From: Thermocatellispora tengchongensis
GTDB lineage: Bacteria > Actinomycetota > Actinomycetes > Streptosporangiales > Streptosporangiaceae
DNA: 64,000 bases
NCBI RefSeq assembly: GCF_014202315.1
Contig: NZ_JACHGN010000001.1
Span: 21,757 to 85,756 of the forward strand
Reading direction: 5' to 3'
Shown: positions 46,522 through 55,992 of the stretch, in pieces
Layout of the letters: each line of letters begins with the position of its first letter
Numbering within the stretch: position 1 is the first letter of the stretch
Translations under genes and position numbers: made by a program
The notes under the pieces: model-generated
Database searches by the model: none
What the model was told of the DNA's origin: nothing
What the model saw: only the letters and a program-made list of their open reading frames with translations

Positions 46522-47577
46522 ATGCGTGCGCTCACCGTGCGGCCGGGCGAGAAGGACTCGCTGGCGGTCGTGGACATGCCCGATCCGGTGCCCGGCGACG
46601 GCGAGGTGCTGGCCGAGGGGCTGGCGCTGGGGATCTGCGGGACCGACCGGGAGATCGCGGCGGCGGAGTACGGCTGGGCGCCGCCGGGGGCGGAGCGGCT
46701 GGTGCTCGGGCACGAGTCCCTGGGCCGCGTACGCTCGGCGCCCGAGGGGTCCGGGTTCGCCCGCGGTGATCTGATCGTCGGGGTGGTGCGGCGGCCCGAT
46801 CCGGTGCCCTGCCCGGCGTGCGCGCACGGCGAGTTCGACATGTGCCGCAACGGCCGCTACACCGAGCGGGGGATCAAGGAGATCCACGGGTACGGCAGCG
46901 AGCTGTGGACGGTGGAGGCCGGCTACGCGGTCAAGCTGGACCCGGCGCTGGAGCGGGTGGGCGTGCTGATGGAGCCGGCCACCGTGCTGGCCAAGGCGTG
47001 GGACCAGATCGAGCGGATCGGGGCGCGGGCCTGGTTCGGGCCGGAGCGGGCGCTGGTGACGGGGGCCGGGCCGATCGGGCTGCTGGCGGCGATGATGGGC
47101 GTGCAGCGCGGCCTGGACGTGCACGTGCTCGACCGGGTGACCGAGGGGGCCAAGCCCCGGCTCGTACGCGAGCTGGGCGCGGAGTACCGTACCGGCGCGC
47201 TCCGGGACGCCTGCGACGGGATCAAGCCCGACATCATCATCGAGGCGACCGGCGTCGGGCCCCTGGTGTTCGAGGCCATGGCGAACACCGCCGCGGCGGG
47301 GGTCCTGTGCCTGACGGGTGTGTCGCCGGCCGGGCGTCACCTGTCGGTGGACGCCGGGCTGATCAACCGGGACATCGTGCTGGAGAACGACGTGGTGTTC
47401 GGGTCGGTGAACGCGAACCTGCGGCACTACCGGTTGGCCGCCGAGGCGCTCGCCCGCGCCGATCAGGGCTGGCTGGAGGCGCTGATCACCCGGCGGGTGC
47501 CGCTCGACCGGGCGGAGGAGGCGCTTCGTCCCGCCCCGGACGATGTGAAGGTGGTCCTGGAACTGCGAAGCGGGTGA
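46522..47577 (+). CDS. glucose 1-dehydrogenase-like zinc-dependent dehydrogenase (MDR superfamily)
   Basis: Catalytic-zinc motif GHESLG, structural-zinc Cys cluster (CPACAHGEFDMC) and a Rossmann GxGxxG motif (VTGAGPIG), as in archaeal-type glucose dehydrogenase. Confidence 0.8.
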   Translation: MRALTVRPGEKDSLAVVDMPDPVPGDGEVLAEGLALGICGTDREIAAAEYGWAPPGAERLVLGHESLGRVRSAPEGSGFARGDLIVGVVRRPDPVPCPACAHGEFDMCRNGRYTERGIKEIHGYGSELWTVEAGYAVKLDPALERVGVLMEPATVLAKAWDQIERIGARAWFGPERALVTGAGPIGLLAAMMGVQRGLDVHVLDRVTEGAKPRLVRELGAEYRTGALRDACDGIKPDIIIEATGVGPLVFEAMANTAAAGVLCLTGVSPAGRHLSVDAGLINRDIVLENDVVFGSVNANLRHYRLAAEALARADQGWLEALITRRVPLDRAEEALRPAPDDVKVVLELRSG

Positions 47578-47681
47578 GCCGGACCTCGGCGAGCCACCGT
47601 ATCTCCGGAGAGTGGAGACTATCCACTGGGCGGGCCGATGTCCGCCCGCAGGACTCGCGGAGAGACGGCAAGGAGCCGATC

Positions 47682-49106
47682 ATGGCGGAAAAGGCAGTCA
47701 TCGGGGTCACCGGCCTGGCGGTCATGGGCCGCAACCTGGCCAGGAACTTCGCCAGGCGCGGCCACACCGTGGCCGTGCACAACAGGACCTTCGCCAAGAC
47801 CAAGGCGCTGGTGGAGGAGTTCGGGGACGAAGGCACGTTCCTGCCCGCGGAGTCCGCCGAGCAGTTCGTCGCGTCGCTGGAGCGGCCCCGCCGCCTGGTG
47901 ATCATGGTCAAGGCGGGGGCGCCGACCGACGCGGTCATCGACGAGTTCGCGCCGCTGCTGGAGCCGGGCGACATGATCGTGGACGGGGGGAACGCGCACT
48001 TCGCCGACACCCGGCGGCGGGAGGCGGCGCTGCGGGAGCGGGGCCTGCACTTCGTCGGCACCGGCATCTCGGGCGGCGAGGAGGGCGCGCTGAACGGGCC
48101 GAGCATCATGCCGGGCGGCTCGAAGGAGTCGTACGCCGCGCTGGGCCCGCTGCTGGAGAGCATCGCGGCCGTGGTGGACGGCACCCCGTGCGCCGCGCAC
48201 ATCGGGCCCGACGGCGCGGGCCACTTCGTGAAGATGGTGCACAACGGCATCGAGTACGCCGACATGCAGCTCATCGCCGAGGCGTACGACCTGCTGCGCA
48301 ACGCGGCCGGGCTGGAGCCGGCCGAGATCGCCGAGGTGTTCCGGTCCTGGAACACCGGGCGGCTGGACTCGTACCTGATCGAGATCACCGCCGACCTGCT
48401 GGCCCACACCGACGCGAAGACCGGCAGGCCGTTCGTGGACGTGATCCTGGACCAGGCGGAGCAGAAGGGCACCGGGCGGTGGACGGTGCAGACCGCGCTG
48501 GACCTGGGCACTCCGGTGAGCGGCATCGCCGAGGCGGTGTTCGCCCGGTCGGTGTCGGGGCACGCCGACCTGCGCGCCGCGGGGCGCACCCTGCCCGGTC
48601 CCGGCCGCTCGGCGAAGGCCGATCTGTCGCCCGACGACGTGGAGAAGGCGCTCTACGCGTCGAAGATCATCGCGTACGCGCAGGGGTTCAACCAGATCCA
48701 GGCCGGCAGCCAGGAGTACGGCTGGGGCATCGACCTGGGCACGACCGCGACGATCTGGCGGGGCGGGTGCATCATCCGGGCCAAGTTCCTGGACCGCATC
48801 CGGGCCGCGTACGAGGCCGACCCGGGCACGCCGACGCTGCTGACCGACGACCACTTCGCCGAGGCCATCGGCGAGGCGCAGGACGCCTGGCGGAACATCG
48901 TGGCGACTTCGGCGAGGCTGGGCGTGCCGACGCCGGGCTTCTCCTCGGCGCTGGCCTACTACGACGCGCTGCGGGCCGAGCGGCTGCCGGCCGCGCTGAC
49001 CCAGGCGCAGCGCGACTTCTTCGGCGCCCACACCTACCGCCGGGTGGACCGCGACGGCGTGTTCCACACCCGCTGGGAGGCCGGTCGGGTGGAGGTGGAG
49101 TCCTGA
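47682..49106 (+). CDS. gnd: 6-phosphogluconate dehydrogenase (decarboxylating)
   Basis: N-terminal GLAVMGRNLARN Rossmann motif and full-length Gnd signature regions (GTGISGGEEGALNGPSIMPGG, HNGIEYADMQLIAE). AAGGAG RBS. Confidence 0.9.
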   Translation: MAEKAVIGVTGLAVMGRNLARNFARRGHTVAVHNRTFAKTKALVEEFGDEGTFLPAESAEQFVASLERPRRLVIMVKAGAPTDAVIDEFAPLLEPGDMIVDGGNAHFADTRRREAALRERGLHFVGTGISGGEEGALNGPSIMPGGSKESYAALGPLLESIAAVVDGTPCAAHIGPDGAGHFVKMVHNGIEYADMQLIAEAYDLLRNAAGLEPAEIAEVFRSWNTGRLDSYLIEITADLLAHTDAKTGRPFVDVILDQAEQKGTGRWTVQTALDLGTPVSGIAEAVFARSVSGHADLRAAGRTLPGPGRSAKADLSPDDVEKALYASKIIAYAQGFNQIQAGSQEYGWGIDLGTTATIWRGGCIIRAKFLDRIRAAYEADPGTPTLLTDDHFAEAIGEAQDAWRNIVATSARLGVPTPGFSSALAYYDALRAERLPAALTQAQRDFFGAHTYRRVDRDGVFHTRWEAGRVEVES

Positions 49107-49201
49107 CCTTCTGAGCCGGAAACCCCTGGTCGTCCGGCCTGAGCGCAGGCGTCAAGCCGTTTGCAACCCGCTTTCGATAGGTTTGCGCGCATTCAGGTCG
49201 G

Positions 49202-50179
49202 ATGACGGAGGGGTTGCGGTTGAAGGCCCGTATTTCAGGGGTCGCCACCTATCTGCCGGAGCGCACGCTCACCAGCGGTGAGGTCGAACAGCGGATCGAG
49301 GGCTACGTCCCCCATCCCGGCATCGTGGAACGGCTGACCGGCATCCGGCAGCGGCACGTGGCGCGCGACGACCAGCAGGCGTCCGACCTGGCCGCGGAGG
49401 CGGCGCGCGAGCTCGACCTGGACGGCGTGGACCTGCTGATCTTCGCCTCGGCGTCGCAGGACATGATCGAGCCCGCGACCGCGCACATCGTCTCGGCGAA
49501 GCTGGGCCTGTCCTGCCCGGTCTTCGACGTCAAGAACGCCTGCAACAGCATCCTGAACGGCATCCAGGTCGCCGAGGCGCTGATCCGCACCGGCGCGTAC
49601 GCCAAGGTGCTGGTGTGCGGCGGCGAGGTGCCCTCGCGCGCGATCCGGTGGCGGATCAGGGACCGGGCGCAGTTCGTGGACGCGTTCGCGGGCTACACGC
49701 TGTCCGACGCGGGCGCGGCGGTGCTGGTGACGGCCGACCCGCACCGCGGCATCTTCTACCGCGACTTCTCGGCCGACAGTACGGCGTGGGCCGTCGGCAC
49801 GCTGCCCGGCGGCGGCACCGCCCACCCCCGCGACCCCGAGTTCTCCTACTTCCGCGGCGACGGCCGCCGCCTGCGCGAGGCGTTCGAGCTGGTCGGCCCG
49901 GACCTGTTCCTCAACGCGCTCAAGCGCACCGGCCTGAGCTGGGACGACTTCGCCGTGGTCGCGGTCCACCAGGTGGCCATGCCCTACCTGCACTTCCTGG
50001 CCGGGGCCCTGGGCATCCCGGACGACCGCCTGGTCGTCACGCTGCCCGAGCACGGCAACTGCGCCTCCGCCACCCTGCCGCTCCAGCTCGCCCAGGGCGG
50101 CTGGTCGCCCGGCGACCGGGTGGCCCTGCTCGGGCTGGCCGGCGGGATCAGCCTGGGCGTGATGCTGGCGGAGATGTGA
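49202..50179 (+). CDS. 3-oxoacyl-ACP synthase III (KAS III/FabH-like) family protein
   Basis: Thiolase fold of ~325 aa with an active-site Cys context (NACNSILNG) and a C-terminal His/Asn region. It is the first gene of a five-gene coupled operon. Confidence 0.8.
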   Translation: MTEGLRLKARISGVATYLPERTLTSGEVEQRIEGYVPHPGIVERLTGIRQRHVARDDQQASDLAAEAARELDLDGVDLLIFASASQDMIEPATAHIVSAKLGLSCPVFDVKNACNSILNGIQVAEALIRTGAYAKVLVCGGEVPSRAIRWRIRDRAQFVDAFAGYTLSDAGAAVLVTADPHRGIFYRDFSADSTAWAVGTLPGGGTAHPRDPEFSYFRGDGRRLREAFELVGPDLFLNALKRTGLSWDDFAVVAVHQVAMPYLHFLAGALGIPDDRLVVTLPEHGNCASATLPLQLAQGGWSPGDRVALLGLAGGISLGVMLAEM

Positions 50180-50919
50180 TGGCCGAGATGAACCTGTGGG
50201 TGATCGTCCCGGCCTACAACGAGGCGGCCGGGATCGAGGGCACCCTGAAGGCCCTGGCCGCGCAGGACGACACCGGCTTCACCCTGCTCGTCGTGGACAA
50301 CGCCAGCACCGACGGCACCGCCGAGGTCGTGGCGCGGCACGGCGTCCAGGTGATCCGCGAGGAGCACAAGGGCACCGGGGCCGCCTCCGACACCGGCATG
50401 CGGTACGCGATCGCGCACGGGGCCACCCACCTGGCCCGCACCGACGCCGACTGCCTGCCCCGCCCCGACTGGGTGCGCAACATCAAGCGCGCCTTCGGCG
50501 ACGGGCTGGAGCTGGTCGGCGGGCAGCTCCGGCCGCGTACCGACGAGTTCCGGCTCAAGCTGTGGGAGCGCCGGCTGATCCCCGCCGTGGTGGCGGTGGC
50601 GGCGCTGTTCGGCCGGTTCCGGCCCGGCAACCGCGACCCCGCCTACCTCGGCCCGTACGTCATGATGCCCGGCGCCACCATGGCGATCACCGCCGGCCTG
50701 TACGAGCGGTCGGGCGGCTTCCCGCGTACCGCGATCGAGGAGATGCACGAGGACCGCGCGCTGGTCAACCGGGTGCGCAAGCTGACCAGGGCGTACGCCT
50801 CACGCCGCGACGTGGTGGTGTTCGGGTCGGTGCGCAGGCTGCGGGCGTACGGGCTGGTGGGCACGCTCGGCTGGTACGCCGACCACCGCTACCGCCCCGA
50901 GGTGATCGACGTCCGGTGA
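50179..50919 (+). CDS. glycosyltransferase family 2
   Basis: WVIVPAYNEAAGI...LLVVDNASTDGT is the GT2 (GT-A, DxD) signature. ATG overlaps the upstream TGA by 1 nt. Confidence 0.8.
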   Translation: MAEMNLWVIVPAYNEAAGIEGTLKALAAQDDTGFTLLVVDNASTDGTAEVVARHGVQVIREEHKGTGAASDTGMRYAIAHGATHLARTDADCLPRPDWVRNIKRAFGDGLELVGGQLRPRTDEFRLKLWERRLIPAVVAVAALFGRFRPGNRDPAYLGPYVMMPGATMAITAGLYERSGGFPRTAIEEMHEDRALVNRVRKLTRAYASRRDVVVFGSVRRLRAYGLVGTLGWYADHRYRPEVIDVR

Positions 50920-52040
50920 TCGACCACGAGCGCAGGCTGTACCTCGCGGCGCACCCGGTCGCGTACCCGCTGCTGCGGCTGCTGGCCAGGCTGGGCCCGG
51001 TCGTGCGGGTGCCCGGCCTCGGCGTCGTGGTGAACGACGCCGCGACCGCCCGCGCGGTGCTGATGGACGAGCGTTTCCGCAAGGACGGCCCCGGTTCCCC
51101 GGGCGACCTGTGGACGCCGGTGCTGGGCCCGTCGGTGCTGCTGAACATGGAGGGCCCGGCGCACCTGGCGCTGCGCCGCAAGCTGGCGCCGCTGTTCGCG
51201 CCCGCGTACGTGGCGGGCCTGGTCGAGGACGTGCTGCGCGCCCCGCTCAAGGAGCTGGACGAACGGCTGGCCCGCGGCGACCGGGTGGACCTGGTGGACG
51301 CGATGCGGCTGATGGCCGGGGCGGTGATCTGCCGGGTGATCGGCCTGGGCGAGGTGCCGGAGGCCAGGGCGCGGGAGCTGTTCGCGGACGGCGAGCGGGT
51401 GGTGGCGATGGTGTCGCTGCGCTCGCGCGGCCTGTCGCCGCGCCAGATCGCCGTGGCGCGCGAGGTGCTGGACCGGATCGGCGACATCGCCGCCGCCGCG
51501 TACGCCGAGGGCGACGAGACGACCGTGATGGGCCGGATGCGGGCGCTCGGCCTGTCGGAGGCGGAGGCGCGCGGCGCGGCCGGGGCGTTCTTCCTGACCG
51601 GCACCGAGACCGTGGCCACGTTCGTGCCGCGCCTGGTCGCGCTGATCCACGACCACGGGACCCGGGTCACCGACCTGGACGCGGCCATCGAGGACGCCAT
51701 GCGGGTGACCACCCCGACCCCGGTCATGCTGCGCTCGGTGGCCGAGCCCGCCCGCATCGGGCGCGCCCGGGTGCGGCCGGGCGACCGCGTGATCATCGCC
51801 ACGCACAACTGCGCCCGCGCGTACGGGCCGTTCGACCCGGACGCCGCCCGGCCGCCGGAGGTGCGCCGGCTGTGGTTCGGCGCGGGCCCGCACTTCTGCA
51901 TCGGCTACCCCCTGGCGCTGGCCGAGATCCGCGCGGTGGCCTCCGTGGTGCTGGCGCACCGGCCCCGCGTCGTGGCCCGCCGCGCGGCCCGCGGCGTGCT
52001 CATCCCCACCTACCGGAACCTGTGGATAACCGCTTCATGA
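50916..52040 (+). CDS. cytochrome P450
   Basis: Heme-binding loop FGAGPHFCIGYPLA and an ExxR motif. GTG start overlaps the GT2 stop. Confidence 0.9.
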   Translation: MIDHERRLYLAAHPVAYPLLRLLARLGPVVRVPGLGVVVNDAATARAVLMDERFRKDGPGSPGDLWTPVLGPSVLLNMEGPAHLALRRKLAPLFAPAYVAGLVEDVLRAPLKELDERLARGDRVDLVDAMRLMAGAVICRVIGLGEVPEARARELFADGERVVAMVSLRSRGLSPRQIAVAREVLDRIGDIAAAAYAEGDETTVMGRMRALGLSEAEARGAAGAFFLTGTETVATFVPRLVALIHDHGTRVTDLDAAIEDAMRVTTPTPVMLRSVAEPARIGRARVRPGDRVIIATHNCARAYGPFDPDAARPPEVRRLWFGAGPHFCIGYPLALAEIRAVASVVLAHRPRVVARRAARGVLIPTYRNLWITAS

Positions 52041-53512
52041 TCATGGACATTGTGGCCGGCGTGCTGGACACCGCACGCCGCTCCCCCGGCGCGGTCGCCG
52101 TGATCGACGGCCGCGGGCGGCCGGTCACGTACGGCGAGCTGCGCGAGCGCGTGCTCGCGGTGCGCGCCGCCGTGACCGTCTCGCGCCCCGGCGAGGGTGT
52201 GCTGTTCGCCGTACGCCCCGGCCCGGAGGCGGTCGCGCTCGCGCTGGGCGCGGTCGCCGCGGGCGGCATGCTCGTCCTGGTGGACCCGGGCGTGGCCCCG
52301 GACGTGTTCGCGGCCCGGATGGCCGCCGCCCGGCCCGGCTGGGTGGTCACCGAGTCGCTGCTCTATCTGCTCAGCGGCCCGCTGGCGGGCCTCGCCCGGC
52401 GCCGAGGGCTCCAGCTCCCGCGGCTGGCCGACCCGGTGCCGGGGACGCCGCTGCGGCACGTCTACACCGGGCCGTGGCTGCCGGGCGTGCCGCGCGGGGC
52501 GTACCGGCTGAGGCGCGGCCCCGCCCCGGAACCCGAGGACGGCGCCGGCGAACAGGACGCCGTGGTCGTGTTCACCTCCGGCACCACCGGGCAGCCCAAG
52601 GGCGTGGTGCATTCGCGCGCCTCGCTGGCCCGCGGCGTGGACATGTTCCGGGCCGCGTTCCCGCTGGGGCCCGGCGACGTGGTGCACACCGACCAGCTCA
52701 TGCTGGGCCTGCCCGCGCTGATGGCCGGGGCGACCTGGTCCCTGCCCGGCTCGGCCGGCCGTTTCGCGGCGGAGCTGGCCGAGCGCCGCGCCACGCACGC
52801 CTTCGCGGTCCCGGTGCGCCTGGACGCCGCGCTGCGCGCCGCTGGAACGCTCCCGGGCACGCTGCGCCACCTGCTGCTCGGCGCCGCGCCCGCGCCGCCG
52901 GCCGTGCTGCGCCGGGCCGTCGCCGCCGCGCCGAACGCCGAGGTGCTGTCGGTGTACGCGATGACCGAGGCGCTGCCGATCGCCGTCGCCACGGCGGAGG
53001 AGAAGCTGGCCTGCCAGGAGGGCGACCTGCTCGGCGCGCCCCTGCCCGGGGTCGGCGTCCGGATCGCCGAGGACGGCGAGCTGCACGTCTCGGGCCCGCA
53101 CCTGGCCCGCCGCTACCTGGGCGGCCCGCCGCTGGCCGAGGTGCCGACCGGCGACCTGGTACGCCTCGACGCCGAAGGCCGGCTGGTCCTGCTCGGCCGC
53201 AAGAAGGACATGATCCTGCGCGACGGCGTGAACATCTACCCCGGCCTGTACGAGCCCGCCGTCGCCGCCTTCCCCGGCGTCGCCGAGGCGGCGATCGTGG
53301 GCCTGGCCGACCCGGAGACGGGGGACGAGGAGGTCGTGCTGGCCGTGGTGCCCGCCGACGGCTACGACGAGGGCAGGCTGCGGGCCGCGCTGCCCGGGTT
53401 CGTGGACGCCGGGGCCCTGCCCGATCGCATCGTCGCCCTGCCCGCCCTGCCCCGCTCCGGCCGCGCCGCCAAGCTGGACCGCGCCGCCCTGCGCGAGGCG
53501 GTCCGGGCATGA
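52037..53512 (+). CDS. AMP-dependent synthetase/ligase (acyl-CoA / fatty-acyl-AMP ligase family)
   Basis: AMP-binding motif VFTSGTTGQPKGV and downstream adenylate-forming core motifs. ATGA overlap with the P450 stop. Confidence 0.85.
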   Translation: MIMDIVAGVLDTARRSPGAVAVIDGRGRPVTYGELRERVLAVRAAVTVSRPGEGVLFAVRPGPEAVALALGAVAAGGMLVLVDPGVAPDVFAARMAAARPGWVVTESLLYLLSGPLAGLARRRGLQLPRLADPVPGTPLRHVYTGPWLPGVPRGAYRLRRGPAPEPEDGAGEQDAVVVFTSGTTGQPKGVVHSRASLARGVDMFRAAFPLGPGDVVHTDQLMLGLPALMAGATWSLPGSAGRFAAELAERRATHAFAVPVRLDAALRAAGTLPGTLRHLLLGAAPAPPAVLRRAVAAAPNAEVLSVYAMTEALPIAVATAEEKLACQEGDLLGAPLPGVGVRIAEDGELHVSGPHLARRYLGGPPLAEVPTGDLVRLDAEGRLVLLGRKKDMILRDGVNIYPGLYEPAVAAFPGVAEAAIVGLADPETGDEEVVLAVVPADGYDEGRLRAALPGFVDAGALPDRIVALPALPRSGRAAKLDRAALREAVRA

Positions 53513-53546
53513 GACCCGGGCATGAGGACCCAGGCATGAGGACCAT
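53506..53546 (+). repeat. three tandem ~13-bp units (gcatgagRaccc/gcatgaggacc) over the ligase stop and epimerase start
   Basis: Read directly from the sequence: gcatgagacccgg / gcatgaggaccca / ggcatgaggaccatgg. Each unit carries an ATGA start/stop overlap motif. Confidence 0.6.
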
Positions 53547-54462
53547 GGTCGTGACCGGGGCGTCCGGGTTCGTGGGCGGGGCGGTGTGCCGGGCGGCGAT
53601 GGCCGAGGGCTGGGACGTGCGCGCGTTCGGGCGGCGGCCCGAGGTGCCGCCGGAGCACGTCGGCGGGGCGCCGTACACGGCGTGGGACCTGACCGCCTAC
53701 CGGGTGCCGCGCGTGCCCCGGGCCGACGTGGTGATCCACTGCGCGGGCAGCGTGACCGACTGGGGGCCGCCCCGGGAGATCTGGGCCGCCAACGCGGGCG
53801 GCACCCGCGCGGTCGCCAAGGCGTTCCCGTGGGCCAGGTTCGTGCACGTCAGCACGGCCAGCGTGTACGACCCCCGCCGCCCCACCGTGCGCGCCAGGGA
53901 GGACGAGGCCCCGGTGCGCCGCTACGTCAACGCCTACGGCGCCTCCAAGGCGACCGCGGAGAACCTGGTCCGCGACCGGGCGATCGTGCTGCGCCCGCAC
54001 GCCGTCTACGGGCCCGGCGACACCACGCTGCTCCCCCGGGTGCTGGCCGCGGTGCGCGGGCGCCGCCTGGTCGCGGTGGGCGACGGGCGGCAAGCGATCA
54101 GCCTGACCTCGATCGGCAACCTGGTACGCGCCTGCCTGCTGGCCGCCGCCGGGCCGGTGGAGCGGGGCGTGTTCAACGTGACGGACGCCGAGCCGGTCAC
54201 GCTGGACTGGGCACTGCGGGAGATCCTGCGCGAGCGCGGCATCGCGGCTGAGCCGCACTACCTGCCCCTGCGGCCGGCGCTCGCGGCCGTGGCGGTGGGC
54301 GAGACGGTGTACCGGCTGCTGGGGGTGCGCCGCCCGCCGCGGCTCACCGCGTACGCGGTCGGCCACCTGGCCGTGGAGCGGACCCTGGACATCTCGGCGG
54401 CCCGCCGCGCCCTGGGCTACGACCCGGCCCCGACCTCCTTCGCCGGAGCCGCCGCCTGGTGA
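53536..54462 (+). CDS. NAD-dependent epimerase/dehydratase (SDR) family protein
   Basis: N-terminal VVTGASGFVGGAV Rossmann motif and a YxxxK catalytic motif (YGASKATAE). The start could alternatively be the ATG at 53545. Confidence 0.85.
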   Translation: MRTMVVTGASGFVGGAVCRAAMAEGWDVRAFGRRPEVPPEHVGGAPYTAWDLTAYRVPRVPRADVVIHCAGSVTDWGPPREIWAANAGGTRAVAKAFPWARFVHVSTASVYDPRRPTVRAREDEAPVRRYVNAYGASKATAENLVRDRAIVLRPHAVYGPGDTTLLPRVLAAVRGRRLVAVGDGRQAISLTSIGNLVRACLLAAAGPVERGVFNVTDAEPVTLDWALREILRERGIAAEPHYLPLRPALAAVAVGETVYRLLGVRRPPRLTAYAVGHLAVERTLDISAARRALGYDPAPTSFAGAAAW

Positions 54463-54570
54463 CGGCGCTCCCCTGACGGGGCGACACGCCGACCGGACCT
54501 CCGACCCCGGCGAACGCACCCCGCGTCACTACTCTGTCACGAAAGGTGACGGACGGGGAGAAGCGCGAGG

Positions 54571-55947
54571 ATGGCGGGCAGCGGCCGGCGGTTCGGCCTG
54601 GCGGCGGGCATGGCGCTCACGCTGGGCTCGGCACTGGTCTGGGGCCTGGCCCACCTCGCCACGCGCCGTCGTGCGGCCGGGCTCACGCTGCTCGCGGCGG
54701 AGGCGCTCCTCGGCCTGCTCGCGCTGCTGGTCACGGCCGGCGACCGGGGCTGGCTGCTGGTGCTGGCCGTGCAGTCGGGCTGGCTGACCGGGCTGACCAC
54801 CGCGCTGCTCGCGCTCGGCCTGGGCTGGGCCGGGCTGATCGTGCGCTCCTGGTACCTCGTCCGCCCCGCCGACCTGTCCAGGTTCGGGCGGGCGTTCGGG
54901 ACCGTGGTGGTGACCGCGCTGGCCCTGCTGGTCGTCGCGCCGATGGCGTACGGGGCGCGGCTGGCGTACGTCTCGCGGGGCGTGATCGCGAGCGTGTTCG
55001 ACCAGAGCCCGCCGGACGGGGCGGCCGACGACCCGTGGGAGGGCACGAAGCGGGTGAACATCCTGCTGCTCGGCGCGGACGCGGCGCCCGGCCGGCCCGG
55101 GGTGCGCACCGACAGCATGACGGTGGCCACGATCCACGTGCGCACCGGGCGTACCGTGCTGTTCGGGCTGCCGCGCAACCTGATGCGGGTGCCGATGCCG
55201 GCCGGCCCGGCGCGCGACCGGTTCCCGTACGGCTTCACCGGCGACGGCCCGCAGACGCCCGGCATCCTCAACGAGGTCTTCCAGTACGCCGAGGACCATC
55301 CCGAGATCGTGCCGCACACCCCGGCGGGCCTGCGCGGCCCCTCGCTGCTGAAGCGTACGGTCAGCGGCATACTCGGCCTGCCCGTCCACTACTACGCGAT
55401 GGTGGACATGAAGGGCTTCGCCGAGCTGATCGACGCGATGGGCGGGGTGCGGATCACGGTCAAGGAGCCCATCGTGTACGGCCGCGACAGCGAGGGCTAC
55501 ATCCCGGCCGGCACCCGGCGGCTGTCGGGGGAGGCGGCGCTGTGGTTCGGCCGCTCGCGTACCGACAGCGACGACTACGCCCGGATGGCCCGGCAGAAGT
55601 GCCTGCTCAACGCGGTGGCCCGGCAGGCCGATCCGGCGACGCTGATCCGCGGCTTCGACCGGCTCGCGAGGGCGGCCAGGCGGGCGGTGGCCACCGACAT
55701 CCCGCAGCGGCTGCTGCCCGCGCTGATCGAGCTGGCGGGCAGGGTGCGCGAGTCGAACATCACCAGCCTGCAGTTCGTGCCGCCGCTGATCGACACCGCG
55801 TACCCCGACTACGACCTGATCAAGCGGACAGTGCGCCAAACCCTGGCGACGGAGCGCCGCGCGGGCGCCGCGGGCGCGCACCCCGGCTCGGGCGGCCCTT
55901 CGCCGTCGCCCACGGGCGGGGTGTCACTCGACGCCGTCTGCGAGTGA
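54571..55947 (+). CDS. LCP (LytR-CpsA-Psr) family cell-envelope phosphotransferase
   Basis: N-terminal TM region plus the LCP core (VNILLLGAD...RTDSMTV...). Confidence 0.85.
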   Translation: MAGSGRRFGLAAGMALTLGSALVWGLAHLATRRRAAGLTLLAAEALLGLLALLVTAGDRGWLLVLAVQSGWLTGLTTALLALGLGWAGLIVRSWYLVRPADLSRFGRAFGTVVVTALALLVVAPMAYGARLAYVSRGVIASVFDQSPPDGAADDPWEGTKRVNILLLGADAAPGRPGVRTDSMTVATIHVRTGRTVLFGLPRNLMRVPMPAGPARDRFPYGFTGDGPQTPGILNEVFQYAEDHPEIVPHTPAGLRGPSLLKRTVSGILGLPVHYYAMVDMKGFAELIDAMGGVRITVKEPIVYGRDSEGYIPAGTRRLSGEAALWFGRSRTDSDDYARMARQKCLLNAVARQADPATLIRGFDRLARAARRAVATDIPQRLLPALIELAGRVRESNITSLQFVPPLIDTAYPDYDLIKRTVRQTLATERRAGAAGAHPGSGGPSPSPTGGVSLDAVCE

Positions 55948-55992
55948 CCCCGGACCAGAAGCCCGAACCAGAAACCCGGCCAGGAACCCGGA

